Both the position numbers and the translations under genes were made by a program. Below are positions 1 through 11,215 of a stretch of DNA of 64,000 nucleotides, in pieces. This DNA is from an uncultured Rivularia sp. Its GTDB lineage: Bacteria > Cyanobacteriota > Cyanobacteriia > Cyanobacteriales > Nostocaceae. The stretch covers positions 2,912,001 through 2,976,000 of the forward strand of contig OY762007.1 of assembly GCA_963665115.1 (NCBI GenBank), given 5' to 3'. Within the stretch, counting starts at the first letter, position 1. The number at the start of each line of letters is the position of its first letter. The notes beneath the pieces are model-generated. The model was not told where the DNA came from, searched no databases, and saw nothing but the letters and a program-made list of their open reading frames with translations.

Positions 1-510
1 GGTAATTTGGGAGCTTACGATTTAGGCGATCGCGTTGTCAAAATCGAAAACCCAGGTGACACTCCCAGAGGTTTAAATTATTCGATACGCCGCAGTTTTT
101 TGGAGGATATTGGAGGTTTCGACATCAATCTCGGACGAGTAGGTAAAAACTTACTTTCCAACGAAGAACTGCAAATGACCGAATTAGCCCTAGAGAAGGG
201 TTGGGAAGTAGCTTATCTTCCCGACGCTTTAGCAGCCCATAACGTCTCTCCAGAACGTCTCAAGCGTTCCTGGTTTATCAGTAGGGGCTGGTGGCAAGGT
301 ATAAGCGAATGTTACCGAGAGCAACTCGCCGGTAAAGCCGGTACGGGGCAACTACAGCGCGGTGGCGAACGGTTTATACGCGGTTTATATAAAGCATTGC
401 AACATTATTCCGACCCAGCAGAACGTTTTGATAAGCTTGTTTATGCTTACGGTCAAATAGGTTATTTAAACGCAGCTATTCAGGGACTTCTATCAAAGAA
501 AAGTAGATAG
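1..510 (+). CDS. Glycosyltransferase family 2, C-terminal part (5' end outside window)
   Basis: Open frame from the window edge; GT2-like GGFDINLGR..EE and H..SPERL segments; upstream of a second GT2 and a WcaF-like gene. Confidence 0.75.
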   Translation, partial: GNLGAYDLGDRVVKIENPGDTPRGLNYSIRRSFLEDIGGFDINLGRVGKNLLSNEELQMTELALEKGWEVAYLPDALAAHNVSPERLKRSWFISRGWWQGISECYREQLAGKAGTGQLQRGGERFIRGLYKALQHYSDPAERFDKLVYAYGQIGYLNAAIQGLLSKKSR

Positions 511-631
511 TGGATAGTGGATAGTGGATAGTGGATAGTTGCTAATTAATTGAACAACTACCAAATAACAACTATCAACTAACAACTAACAACTAACAAC
601 TAACAACTAACACCTAATAACTAATAACTAA
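504..631. repeat. Short tandemly repeated heptamers (STRR-type): (TGGATAG)4 and (CAACTAA)n
   Basis: Directly visible tandem heptamers in an intergenic gap, typical of filamentous cyanobacteria. Confidence 0.85.
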
Positions 632-642
632 AATATAATTAT

Positions 643-1584
643 ATGTCTTCTAAGATACCAGTTTCTGTTTTAATTCCGGCTAAGAACGAAGAAGCAAATT
701 TACCTGCTTGTCTTGCTAGTGTCGCCAGAGCGGATGAAGTTTTTGTTGTAGATTCTCAAAGTACTGATAAAAGCATTGAAATTTCGGAAAATTTAGGTGC
801 AACTGTCGTACAGTTTGAGTTTAATGGAGGCTGGCCTAAAAAGAAAAATTGGTCTTTAGAAAACTTACCTTTTCGCAATGAATGGGTATTGATAGTTGAT
901 TGTGACGAGCGCATTACCCCTGAATTATGGGATGAAATTGCTCTAGCCATCGAAAATGCAGAATACGGTGGTTACTATCTAAACCGTCGCGTATTTTTCT
1001 TAGGTAAATGGATTCGTCACGGTGGAAAATATCCCGATTGGAACCTGCGTTTATTCAAGCATAAAGAAGGTCGCTACGAAAACCTAAATACCGAAGATAT
1101 TCCCAATACAGGTGACAACGAAGTTCACGAACACGTTGTTTTAAGTAGTAAAGTTGGATATCTGACTCAGGATATGCTTCACGAAGACTTTCGCGATCTT
1201 TACCACTGGTTAGCCAGACACAACCGTTATTCCAATTGGGAAGCTCGCGTTTACTATAACTTGTTGACGGGCAAAGGTGATGACGGCACCATCGGCGCAA
1301 GTCTATTTGGTGATGCAGTACAGCGCAAGCGTTTCTTAAAGAAAATCTGGGTAAGATTACCATTTAAACCACTTTTACGCTTCCTGCTGTTCTATATAAT
1401 TCAGCGCGGTTTCCTAGACGGAAAAGCTGGATATATTTACGGACGACTTTTGAGTCAATACGAATATCAAATCGGCGTAAAACTATTTGAATTGCGTAGC
1501 TGCGGCGGTAGCTTGAATACCGTAAACGCCTCTAAAAATACCCAACCCGTGATGCCTGGGAAAGTTAGTCAGTCTGCAACTTGA
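643..1584 (+). CDS. Glycosyltransferase family 2 (beta-1,4-glucosyltransferase-like), probably part of an hps-like locus
   Basis: VSVLIPAKNEE, VVDSQSTD, DCDE (DxD) and EVHE motifs. Confidence 0.85.
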   Translation: MSSKIPVSVLIPAKNEEANLPACLASVARADEVFVVDSQSTDKSIEISENLGATVVQFEFNGGWPKKKNWSLENLPFRNEWVLIVDCDERITPELWDEIALAIENAEYGGYYLNRRVFFLGKWIRHGGKYPDWNLRLFKHKEGRYENLNTEDIPNTGDNEVHEHVVLSSKVGYLTQDMLHEDFRDLYHWLARHNRYSNWEARVYYNLLTGKGDDGTIGASLFGDAVQRKRFLKKIWVRLPFKPLLRFLLFYIIQRGFLDGKAGYIYGRLLSQYEYQIGVKLFELRSCGGSLNTVNASKNTQPVMPGKVSQSAT

Positions 1585-1691
1585 TGGGGAGAGAGGGGGG
1601 AGATAGGGAGATAGGGGGACAAGGAGAATTTTAACCTTTAACCTTTGACCTTTGACCTCTAACCTTAATTATTCCTAACTCCTCACTATTT

Positions 1692-1739
1692 CCCAATTCG
1701 CCATGCCCAATTCGCCATGCCCAATTCGCCATGCCCAAT
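1692..1739 (+). repeat. 14-bp tandem repeat (CCCAATTCGCCATG)3
   Basis: Three perfect copies at 1692, 1706 and 1720. Confidence 0.9.
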
Positions 1740-2321
1740 GCTCAATCCCTAATTCCCACAACATTAAATACCGAACCTTTTGTAGATTTACGTAAATACG
1801 ACCAATCGGACTTTGACAGAGGACGTGCGGGTTGGTATATATTTTTCTGGTGGTTCGTGCAGGCTATTACCTTTCCACTGACTCTTCATAATATGAGCGG
1901 TATGCGTTGCGCTCTGTTACGTCTATTCGGCGCACGCATTGGAAAAGGTGTATTGATTCGCCCTACCGCTCGTTTTACTTATCCTTGGAAAGTGACTATC
2001 GGTGATTACAGTTGGATTGGTGATGATGTTGTTTTATATAGTATCGACGAAATCAACATCGGTTCCCACTCCGTAGTTTCACAGAAAAGCTATATCTGTA
2101 CTGGTAGCCACGATATCAAAGATCCAGCCTTCGGTTTAAAAACGGGAAAGGTTGCAATTGGTAACGGTGCTTGGATTGCTACAGATTGCTTTGTGGGGCC
2201 AGGAGTAACAATTGGAGCAAATGCTGTGGTTGGCGCTCGCAGTACTGTTTTGACTGATATGCCGGAAGGACAAGTTTGTTGGGGTACTCCTTGTCGTCCC
2301 CGCTATGAAAGGAATCGGTAA
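1731..2321 (+). CDS. hpsU: WcaF-family hexapeptide-repeat acetyltransferase (HpsU-like)
   Basis: VDLRKYDQS.FDRGR N-terminus, LLRLFGA.IG, YPWK..IGD.SWIG, CTGSHD, hexapeptide repeats. Confidence 0.75.
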   Translation: MPNAQSLIPTTLNTEPFVDLRKYDQSDFDRGRAGWYIFFWWFVQAITFPLTLHNMSGMRCALLRLFGARIGKGVLIRPTARFTYPWKVTIGDYSWIGDDVVLYSIDEINIGSHSVVSQKSYICTGSHDIKDPAFGLKTGKVAIGNGAWIATDCFVGPGVTIGANAVVGARSTVLTDMPEGQVCWGTPCRPRYERNR

Positions 2322-2351
2322 TATCAATTATCAATTATCAATTATCAAAGG

Positions 2352-2407
2352 GTTCGTAGTCAGGAATGCGCGTCCTTAAATAAAGCGATAAATCGCTTAC
2401 TACGAAC
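2352..2407. repeat. Palindromic dispersed repeat (GTTCGTAGT...ACTACGAAC family)
   Basis: Inverted termini with two internal hairpins; same termini as the element at 28412-28467. Confidence 0.7.
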
Positions 2408-2525
2408 TTTTTTACATATTTGTAGTGGGAGCGTCTCGCTCCCTCGTTACATCAGTGAGCTTTCTGGCTCGCACTACAAGCTTTCAGGGATAAATTGATT
2501 GCCTTGCTCCCTATCTAAATGTATT

Positions 2526-4772
2526 TCAAGCATAGATTTTTTGCGATTTAGTTGCCTCATTAGCTATAATTCCCACCAAATTCAAACTATGCAAAATTTC
2601 CGTAGCTTGAATCAATTCACTTTGCTTGATTTTACCCATGCGCCCTACCATGATGATACCGTTACATAGGGAAGCCAAAATTCTAGCGTCTACAGTATCT
2701 AAAATAGATGAAGCATCTATTAATACTAGATCGTAGCTGCGCGTAAATATTTCTAAAAGTTCCTTCATCCGCCCTGACGTAAGTAATTTAACCGTATCAT
2801 CTGGTACTGGTCCTGCGGTTAAAACATCTATGGCAGGATGAACAGGCTGCACGTAATCGCTCACTTTACTATTTTTTTCTTCTAATAATAGTAAAGATAA
2901 TCCCCAATCGTTAGAAAGTTCTAGAATTGAGTGCAAGCAAGGTTTTCGCAGGTTGGCATCAATGACTAAAACTCGAGTATGCATTCTAGCTGCACTTACC
3001 GCTAATCCTAATGTTGAAGTTGATTTCCCTTCCCCGCTAGAAGCTGAAGTTATCATCAATGACTGACAGTGCGAGGGATACTTCAATATTTGAATATTTT
3101 GGTAAGCCATATCCAGGTTTTCATGGCAAGGTAAATGAGCGATCGCCTCTGAAAAAGATGAGTATGAATTTTGTGGCGATCGCCCGAAAGAAATTGGTAA
3201 GCCTAAGAATTTTTTCCTTTGACGAGGTGCTGGAAGTTTGGGAATTTTACCAAGCAAACGCAGATTCGTAAATTTGGTTAATTCTTGGGGGGTATAAATG
3301 GTGTCGTTAAATAGCTCTAAAATTAAAGCTAATGCGATACCCAAAACCGGGCCAGTAACTGCACCTATTAATATAAATAACAATCGAGAGCTACCAGTTT
3401 TAGCTCCTGATTCGGGTTCTTCAAGTATTTGCCAATCAAATCCCCCTTGAGCAATTTTAAGCGCTAAATTCTGACGCACTTCCATTAACTGTGCTAGGGT
3501 TTTACGGTTGGTTTCTACTTCTGGCAATAAACGGTTGTATTCGGCGATTAAAGCGGGATATTCATTCAAATTGGAACGCAGTTGTCTTTCAGATTCCATC
3601 AAACTTTTTTGATTGGCACGCAAACCCAAAGCTTCTGTCTGTAATTTAATTAAATCTTCGACTAACTTTAAATCGACTCCTGCAAGCTGCCCTTTTGTCA
3701 ATAATGGCTGTACTGTATTATTGGCATCTGTTTTATCTCCCAAACTTCTTCCGGTTTCCTCTCGCAACAAAGCCAATTGACTTTGACGCTGTTGTACCAG
3801 TTTTTGTACGGTGGGAGAATTATCGGTAAACCGCTGTCTCTCCAGTGCCAAAGCCAGTTCCGTCTTTTGAATCTCATCGAGCAGCGATTGGTAACGAGTT
3901 GACTGACTCAGACGCGAAGATACCAACGCATTTTTTGGAGAAGCAGCAATTTTCTGCTCTACATTACTGTAACGAGCTTCTATATCTCGCAGTTGAGCGG
4001 TGGTAGTATCGAGCTCTTTTTTAACTGCGGCGATAGATTCTAAAAGAATTGTACTTTGTACTTGCGGGTCAACTATATTGTACTTTTTGCGAAACCTCTC
4101 TAACTTTGTCTCTGCTTCGATTACCTGTTTTTTAATTCTGGGAAGTCTTTCATTGACGAAAGCTAACCCTTTCGATAAACGGTCTTTTTGCTGTTGTTTA
4201 TTAAAATCTTGATAAACTATCTGTAACGCTTCGAGTACTTTTTGTGCTTTTACTGGGTTTTTGTCTTCAAAAGATACTTCAAATACTTCTGAAGGTACTT
4301 TCCTAGTTCCCGTTCCTGTTTGTAACTGTGTAACTGTTAATGGTCCTTTTTCACCTTTTTTCCCTTTGATATCTTCTACCGTAATATTTGGGTATATCGG
4401 ACGCAGCATTTCCACTGCTTTAGAGATTAATTTTTTGCTCCGCATCAACTGTAGCTGAGCAGTATAATCTACCACCTCAATATTGGAATCGGTAAAATCA
4501 TTATTTGAACTATCTTGATTATTATAAGTTTTTACACTTTGATAAAGATTGGAACTGACTAACATCTGCATCGAGCTTTCGCGCATCGGTTTGATAGCTA
4601 CAGATAAAAGAGTAGCAACCGACATTACTATGCTTGCGACACCCAAAATTAGCCAGCGTCGGCGATATATTATGGTAGATAGCTGTCTAATATCAACAGC
4701 TTCTTGTGGGGAGGCAATTACCATTTGCCCATTATTTAGACTAGTGTCAACCACCACTGTCATACCTCTCAA
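2526..4772 (-). CDS. wzc: Wzc/GumC-family polysaccharide co-polymerase with BY-kinase domain (ATG start possibly 4763)
   Basis: Two TM segments flanking coiled coils; Walker A SASSGEGKS, IDANLR, VLID. Confidence 0.85.
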   Translation of the reverse strand: MRGMTVVVDTSLNNGQMVIASPQEAVDIRQLSTIIYRRRWLILGVASIVMSVATLLSVAIKPMRESSMQMLVSSNLYQSVKTYNNQDSSNNDFTDSNIEVVDYTAQLQLMRSKKLISKAVEMLRPIYPNITVEDIKGKKGEKGPLTVTQLQTGTGTRKVPSEVFEVSFEDKNPVKAQKVLEALQIVYQDFNKQQQKDRLSKGLAFVNERLPRIKKQVIEAETKLERFRKKYNIVDPQVQSTILLESIAAVKKELDTTTAQLRDIEARYSNVEQKIAASPKNALVSSRLSQSTRYQSLLDEIQKTELALALERQRFTDNSPTVQKLVQQRQSQLALLREETGRSLGDKTDANNTVQPLLTKGQLAGVDLKLVEDLIKLQTEALGLRANQKSLMESERQLRSNLNEYPALIAEYNRLLPEVETNRKTLAQLMEVRQNLALKIAQGGFDWQILEEPESGAKTGSSRLLFILIGAVTGPVLGIALALILELFNDTIYTPQELTKFTNLRLLGKIPKLPAPRQRKKFLGLPISFGRSPQNSYSSFSEAIAHLPCHENLDMAYQNIQILKYPSHCQSLMITSASSGEGKSTSTLGLAVSAARMHTRVLVIDANLRKPCLHSILELSNDWGLSLLLLEEKNSKVSDYVQPVHPAIDVLTAGPVPDDTVKLLTSGRMKELLEIFTRSYDLVLIDASSILDTVDARILASLCNGIIMVGRMGKIKQSELIQATEILHSLNLVGIIANEATKSQKIYA

Positions 4773-5408
4773 ATCGAAACATTAATTTTTTTTAAGTTCA
4801 GCAAAAATCTAAATATTTCTATACACCCTGATTTGCTCTTAAAAAGAACAATTTAAATCCGTTTTATTTAGATGAATAATTTATCATATATAAGCCTTCA
4901 AATTCATAATTACTTCCCCAGACTGTGAAACTATTTACTTACAACTAACCTGCATCATATAGAGGATAACTATTTGATTTTTGAATTATTTTTGAAAAAA
5001 ACGATCCTATTACAGTACGGCGTAAATAAAGCACCCATTTAAAAAGTTTGAAAGCCTTATCATACAGCATATTTAGTTTTGGTGAAGTACATTCTGACGG
5101 GCAGGGATGCCCATCCCACAAGACTTTCGGAATATAGCTTTGTACCTCATTTAGCTGCAAAGGGCTGTATAATACTTTTTACTTCTTACTTTTGACTTTT
5201 TACTTCCGCGCAGCGGTACTATGCTTTCTATTACCTGTTCTCTACCCCCCATAAATATATTTCAAAATAAAACTTGTAATTCAAACCTGATTGCTATAAA
5301 TGATTCAAACTCGGGATTAAATATTGCTGTTAATCCGATATTTAAGTATAATTTTATTAGCTTGGGATTGGGTAACAAAGCTTTATAAGTCAACAAGCTT
5401 GAATATAA

Positions 5409-6473
5409 TTATCTCAGAGAAGAACGAATATTCTTTACGAGTTTGTTTAAGAAATCTAAGTGGCCCTTACTGTTCAAACTTAATTTGTCTATTATAGTAA
5501 AATTAAATTTATTTTTTGCTTGCAGAATATTTTGAGGGTTGGATAAAAACGCAGCAATTTTAAATCGCTTATCTCCAGGATTCCAAACTGCAAAATCCGC
5601 ACCGATACTATTCAAAAAAGCTTTTGCTTTACCAGAACCACCCAAGCTGTAAAATGGTACGCCCAACGCCAGGGCTGTTAATCCCAAATGCAGTTTGTAC
5701 GATACAACTAAGTCAAGTGAAGCAAGAAATTCAAGTGTTGACTGAGGATCTGTATACACATGATATTTGATATTACTAGATAGTTGTTTGGGTCGCAACT
5801 CACTATTTATAGATGATGATGGTAAATATGTTTTTATAAAATGGAAAACAATATCTCTTCTGACAGATGCGATAATACCAAGCTGAAGAGCCAGCCATTT
5901 ACACTGTGAAGTGTTAGGAATATTTATACCAACATTGATGGTATTATTTTTAGTATTATTTTGCTTACTTTGGCTTTTTATTTGCCAAAATTGAGATACT
6001 GACAGCAACACATCGGGATAGTCAAAAACTTCTTTTCCAAAATGGTTAATTAGAGCTTTATCTGATTCCAGTCTAACGGTACAAGATTGACACATATTTC
6101 CTTGAAAAAATTCTCGTCTCCAGTATGAAAGCGAAGCATTTCTGCCCAGCCCTTCTCCACCGATAGAAATAGGATATACGGGACAATTTTTTTCAATGCT
6201 AGCTTGATGTAAGCGGCGAAAATCTTCTTCAAAAGGTGCAGGAAATTTTTCGACAAGAAATCCACCACCACCTATAATGCAAAATTTAGCATCGCTAAGA
6301 AGTTCATTCAAAGAGTCAGTAGTTTGAAGTTGATAGCGTTTTGCTAACTGTTTATCTAATCTATAAACAACAGGCTCAACGTCTAGACTTTGAAGATATT
6401 TGGCGAATTGAATGGCCATAATATCATCGCCATAGTTACCATAATTATACGAACCCCAAATTGCAACTTTCAT
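5409..6473 (-). CDS. Polysaccharide pyruvyl transferase family protein
   Basis: GSYNYGNYGDD, IIGGGG, YPD and KLHLG motifs. Confidence 0.8.
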   Translation of the reverse strand: MKVAIWGSYNYGNYGDDIMAIQFAKYLQSLDVEPVVYRLDKQLAKRYQLQTTDSLNELLSDAKFCIIGGGGFLVEKFPAPFEEDFRRLHQASIEKNCPVYPISIGGEGLGRNASLSYWRREFFQGNMCQSCTVRLESDKALINHFGKEVFDYPDVLLSVSQFWQIKSQSKQNNTKNNTINVGINIPNTSQCKWLALQLGIIASVRRDIVFHFIKTYLPSSSINSELRPKQLSSNIKYHVYTDPQSTLEFLASLDLVVSYKLHLGLTALALGVPFYSLGGSGKAKAFLNSIGADFAVWNPGDKRFKIAAFLSNPQNILQAKNKFNFTIIDKLSLNSKGHLDFLNKLVKNIRSSLR

Positions 6474-6479
6474 AATTTA

Positions 6480-6654
6480 TGGGAATTGAGCATTGGGAAT
6501 TGGGAATGGGTAATTGGGCGTTGGGCATTGGGCATCGGGGATGGGTAATAGGGAATTGGGAATTGGGAAATGGGAGTTAGGAGTAATTAAGGTTAAAGGT
6601 TAAAATTCCCCTTGTCCCCTTGTCCCCTTGTCCCCCATCTCTTCCTACTTCCCA
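6480..6654. repeat. STRR-type heptamer repeat cluster (GGGAATT/GGGCATT, CCCCTTGT)
   Basis: Degenerate tandem repeats in the intergenic region. Confidence 0.8.
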
Positions 6655-8506
6655 TTACCCATTACCATTAAACTGATGCTGTGTTTGATGATATTTCCAG
6701 AGTTTACCTTTACGATTTAATAATTCCTGATAGCCTCCTTGTTCTACAATTCGTCCATGTTCGAGAACTATAACTTTGTCAGCTTTGAAAATAGTAGAAA
6801 GTCGATGAGCAATTGCGATCGCAGTTCTTCCATAAGCCAATTTTTCTAAAGATTGCTGTACTAAACGCTCGCTGACTGAATCGAGGGCGCTGGTTGCTTC
6901 GTCTAAAATTAAAATTTCTGGATTTCGTAATAAAGCTCTCGCAATCGCTATTCTCTGCCTTTGTCCCCCAGATAAACGTACTCCCCTATCTCCAAGTTTT
7001 GTATCGAAACCTTGGGGTAATTCTGCAATAAATTCCGAAGCGTTTGCGCCTTTAGCTGCTTCTAAAATAGCTTTATCATCTATATCTTCTAAACCGTAAG
7101 CGATATTTTCTCGCACTGAGGTGTTAAAGATAAAAGTATCTTGACTTACCATCGCTATATTGTTCCGCAACGAAACCAAGGCTGTATTCGCGCAAGTCAA
7201 CTCCATCGATTAATATTTTCCCAAAAGTAGGGTCATAAAAACGTACCAATAAATCCGCTAAAGTTGTTTTACCGGAACCGCTAGCACCCACCAAAGCTAC
7301 GGTTTGACCGCGTTCGATGGTTAAATTAATATCGTGCAATACTAATTGATTTTTTTCGTAACCAAAATTGAGATTTACAAGTTCGATAGCTTGCTGTAAA
7401 CCGGGGAATTTTTTTGTACCATCAGCTAAATAAGCTTTATTATCAGTTCTTAAAAGTTCTTCAACGGCTCTTAACGCTCCAGAATTCATCGCTATTACAC
7501 CCCAAGAACTATTCATATGAGCGATAATCGGTAGCAAGCGAAATAACGCAAACAAAAAAGCTAGCAAAGAAACTACATTGAGAATTCCACTCGATATCAA
7601 AGTGGAAACAGCAACTAAAATCATTGCGACTAAAATTGTGGTAGCCAACGCTTCAATTAACGGTTGCAAAAGCCCGCTAATAGTACTAGCCTTCAACCAA
7701 GCACTAGCAAACTTTTGCGCTACCTGATGAAAACGCTTGCTTTCAAATTCTTGAGTCCAAAATGCTTGTACCGTGCGAATACCACCAATGAATTCTGTAG
7801 TTTTTGCTGCTAATTCTCCACCAGCAGATGTCATTTCAAAGCTGGCTTGACGCACTCTACGAATCCAATTTGATGCTGCTGCTGCTAACAGACTAAAAAG
7901 AAGTACTGTAACTATAGTTAATTGCCAAGAAATAACGAACATCGCGCAGGTGTAAGCTATGATTACGCAGCTTTTAGTTACAAAATTAATTAGTTCGTTA
8001 AAAGCAAAGCTTAGATGGCTAACCTCACCAGAAAAAGTATTTATTAATTCTCCCGAACGTTTTTGAGTATAGTATGAAAGACTAAAGCTTTGAAACTGTT
8101 TAAATATTCGTTTGCGGAGAGTATCTACCAATCCAATTTCGCATAATTTAGCGCAGTAACGCCCGAAATAGCTGAAAACTGCCCTCACCCAAACAGTAAA
8201 TAATATTAAACCAGATATACGCCAAATACGTTCTTGAGCAACAGCTTCAGTTCCCAAAAATCGCATATCAAACCATTCAATACCAGTTTGCAACGGTGGC
8301 CGTTCTGGATTAGTTAATCCTTGCAGCAAAGAGGCGATCAAACCGATACCTACTGCTTCTAATGCCGCTGCCATGATTGTAAAAAATACGGCTATCATTG
8401 CAGTGCGTAACAACGGTTGAAATGCCTGTACAATCAGATAGTTTTCTTGCCAAAAACTAGTAGTTACAAAAAATTTGCGAATAGAAATTGGTAGCTTAAT
8501 TTGCAT
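6655..8506 (-). CDS. hepA: HepA-like ABC transporter (permease + ATPase), split by a +1 frameshift near 7176-7181
   Basis: ORFs 7124-8506 (TM domain, Walker A GASGSGKT) and 6655-7206 (LSGGQ, DEATS) join as ...DLREYSL-VSLRNNIAMVSQ; HepA-like N-terminus TTSFWQENYLI. Confidence 0.75.
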
Positions 8507-8678
8507 TTATATCTAATTTTTGATGATTAAATAGCCTGCTGTAAAAACTTCATATTATTACAGGCATAAAATTCGGCAGACGGAAATTAGTTAATCGAGA
8601 AGAATAAGTATTATACATGATTATTAAAAAAAATTACGTATTCCTCATACCCCCCAACCCAATTAGTACTGCCAAATT

Positions 8679-9599
8679 TTATGAACGCTGTAACTTATCA
8701 AATTTAGACAATACAAAAAAACGCCAACCATTTTGTAATTGGGAATTCACTTTAAATATCAAAGTAATCAACTGCCAAGATTTTCGATAAGGTTTATACT
8801 TAGCAAAAAATTTCAAAGCAGAAATTATATGTATCAGCGTTAGATAGTTAAATTTTGAACGACTACTTGAGCGTTGATATAAATGCAGTGCAGATACTTC
8901 CGGTTGAAATAAAACTCTGTAACCATTTTGCCAAGCATCTACACATAAACTGACATCTTCAAAATACAAGAAAAACCGTTCGTCAAATAAACCACAACGC
9001 TCGACATACTTACCAGATACCATCATAAAAGCCCCAATAGCCCAATTAATTTCTATCGGTTTTCTGGGAGAAGGCATACTAGCATAATAATAATCAAATG
9101 GGCACAGAATATTCTGCAACTTTTCCCCCAATAAATATTTGCATAGCAAAAAGTTAAAGGTAGGAAATCTGCGAATTGAAGGTTGAACTGATTTGTCAAG
9201 ATAAAGTAATTTAGGACAAACAATTGCGATATCTGGTTGGGAATTTAAAGTCGCCTCCAGACAAGAAACTACTTTTGGTTTAAATGTTACGTCTGGATTT
9301 ACTAAAACATAAGTCTTGCTTGGTAAAGCAGCAACAGCCCTATTATTAGCAACCCCAAAACCTAAATTAATTTCTCCTTTTTTACCTATAAATATGTGTG
9401 GATATTTCCGAGAAAAATCATCCAGAATTTGCGGACTGTTATCCTTAGAGGCATTATCGTAAACAATAACTGTACCCCTTCCTGGATAAAATGCCTCAAC
9501 CACTTCGATGCATGATTTAATTGCACCTCTCAAAGTTCTGGCTGAATTATAAGAAACTATTACAAAAGTTATATCACTTTTCGGCATCATGGTAAACAC
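8679..9599 (-). CDS. GT2 glycosyltransferase (WbbL/rhamnosyltransferase-like)
   Basis: IVSYNS, DNASKD, NLGFG..NN, NPD, FDERFFLYFED. Confidence 0.85.
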   Translation of the reverse strand: MFTMMPKSDITFVIVSYNSARTLRGAIKSCIEVVEAFYPGRGTVIVYDNASKDNSPQILDDFSRKYPHIFIGKKGEINLGFGVANNRAVAALPSKTYVLVNPDVTFKPKVVSCLEATLNSQPDIAIVCPKLLYLDKSVQPSIRRFPTFNFLLCKYLLGEKLQNILCPFDYYYASMPSPRKPIEINWAIGAFMMVSGKYVERCGLFDERFFLYFEDVSLCVDAWQNGYRVLFQPEVSALHLYQRSSSRSKFNYLTLIHIISALKFFAKYKPYRKSWQLITLIFKVNSQLQNGWRFFVLSKFDKLQRS

Positions 9600-10356
9600 A
9601 CCCGTATCCGTATCAAAACGATGCAGCTAGTAAAAATACACTTAATATCTTGTGCTTTTTAGGCTAAACCAATTTAATAACTCCTATGCAAAATTATCTA
9701 AAAATAAATCGTAGCTTGAGTCAAAATTTTAACCCATTTTGGGAGTTTTTCGGCTTTTGCTTTTTTGGTAAGTAAAATTCTTTAGGATTAAATTACAATC
9801 TAAATCGTGTATATATTGCATCCACCAAAAGTTGTAGATTTCACTATCAGGCTTTTGCAATAGTTACTACAGTTACTACCAATTTAGATAATCTATAAGT
9901 AGTCCACTGTACAGAATTAAGGTCAACTTTTAAGTTATGAGAGTGATTTTTTTGCTCCCAGATTATATTGACCCGATTTATTACACATCAAATACTAATG
10001 TTAAGTAATGCAATAAAAAGAATTGTCACAGGTGAGTTGACTTAATTAAGTAAATAAACTTATCATTGGCTAATATTTGATAAATATTGGATAAAGTAGT
10101 AGTATAAATACTTAATTTATTAAAATCAGTTTAAAATTTTGCTGGTATAACTGCGATCTGCTCGCAGCAGCGCTTCACTATCGCAATTAAACGTTTAGAC
10201 AGATTTATTATATGGAAAATGCGATTGTAAGAAATATTGAATGGAAGCAATTTGATTTATAAACAAGATTTATTTGCAGCTAAAAATTCATTGAGAAGTT
10301 TCGCAATACTTTAGTGCTATCTATTATTAATCGTCAGTAATTACTGATTCTTAGCT

Positions 10357-11121
10357 ATGGTTATTAAGCAAAAACCAACGTCAGTAAGTTTTGCATCGTA
10401 TCCTGACTCAGAAAAGCTAATAAAAGAAAAAGCTTTTGTCAACAAAAATTCTTGTAATTATGATTTGGGTTATAAAATCAAGTTAAAGGGTGAAAAACTT
10501 TTAGTTAAGCTAACTTGCAAACGGGAGCATATGCATTTACTTTCTAATAGAAGCGAAGCATTTTTAGCTGACTGGCTGCAATTTTCTCCTGCGACAATAG
10601 TACAGATAGATTCACGGATTGAATTAGAGAAGCTTCAAATGTGGGCTAATCAATGTAAAAGGTGTAAAAAAGCAGTCTTTTTGCGTTTATCTAAAAAAGA
10701 AAAATTTTCTGAAAGCTTTAACAATTTATCTAATAATTTGAATAAGCTCAGTTGGTTTATAAAGCGGTGCTTAGATATTTTCGGAGCATTAATATCAATA
10801 GTTATGCTTGCTCCAGTATTTATTATTTTAGCCTTATTAATCAAGGTTTATTTTCACGAACCGATATTAAAAACACAATGGTGTATTGGTAAGCAAGGTA
10901 AATTATTTAGCATCTACAGATTCGGTGCAAATCTGACAGAATTGAATTTGAATGGTTTGAGCAAGTTGCCCCAATTACTTAATGTTCTCAAAGGTGAAAT
11001 GAGCTTTGTGGGAAGGTTTCCTTGGAGTTTAGCCGAAGTAAAAAAAATGAGCTTATCAGAACAACAATTAGTTAATGTTTCACCTGGCATTGCAGCGATA
11101 ATTATAGGTGGAAAACAATAA
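10357..11121 (+). CDS. hepC: HepC-like sugar transferase (bacterial phosphoglycosyltransferase family), degenerate catalytic domain
   Basis: KRCLDI, TM helix, LPQLLNVLKGEMSFVG; cyanobacterial N-terminal extension. Confidence 0.65.
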   Translation: MVIKQKPTSVSFASYPDSEKLIKEKAFVNKNSCNYDLGYKIKLKGEKLLVKLTCKREHMHLLSNRSEAFLADWLQFSPATIVQIDSRIELEKLQMWANQCKRCKKAVFLRLSKKEKFSESFNNLSNNLNKLSWFIKRCLDIFGALISIVMLAPVFIILALLIKVYFHEPILKTQWCIGKQGKLFSIYRFGANLTELNLNGLSKLPQLLNVLKGEMSFVGRFPWSLAEVKKMSLSEQQLVNVSPGIAAIIIGGKQ

Positions 11122-11215
11122 AGAAGGGAACGGCGCATGGGTAACAGGGAACAGTGGTAAGAAGAAAATCTACACCCTTAACCTTCCGCAAAATCCAAAA
11201 TTAGAAAGGTGAATT

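Noticed and set aside
4945..5160. 71-aa minus-strand ORF upstream of wzc
   Set aside because: Spans a dispersed palindromic repeat and AT-rich spacer; no coding features
9600..10356. NtcA box in the divergent hepA/hepC promoter region
   Set aside because: No convincing GTA-N8-TAC with a properly spaced -10 found by eye
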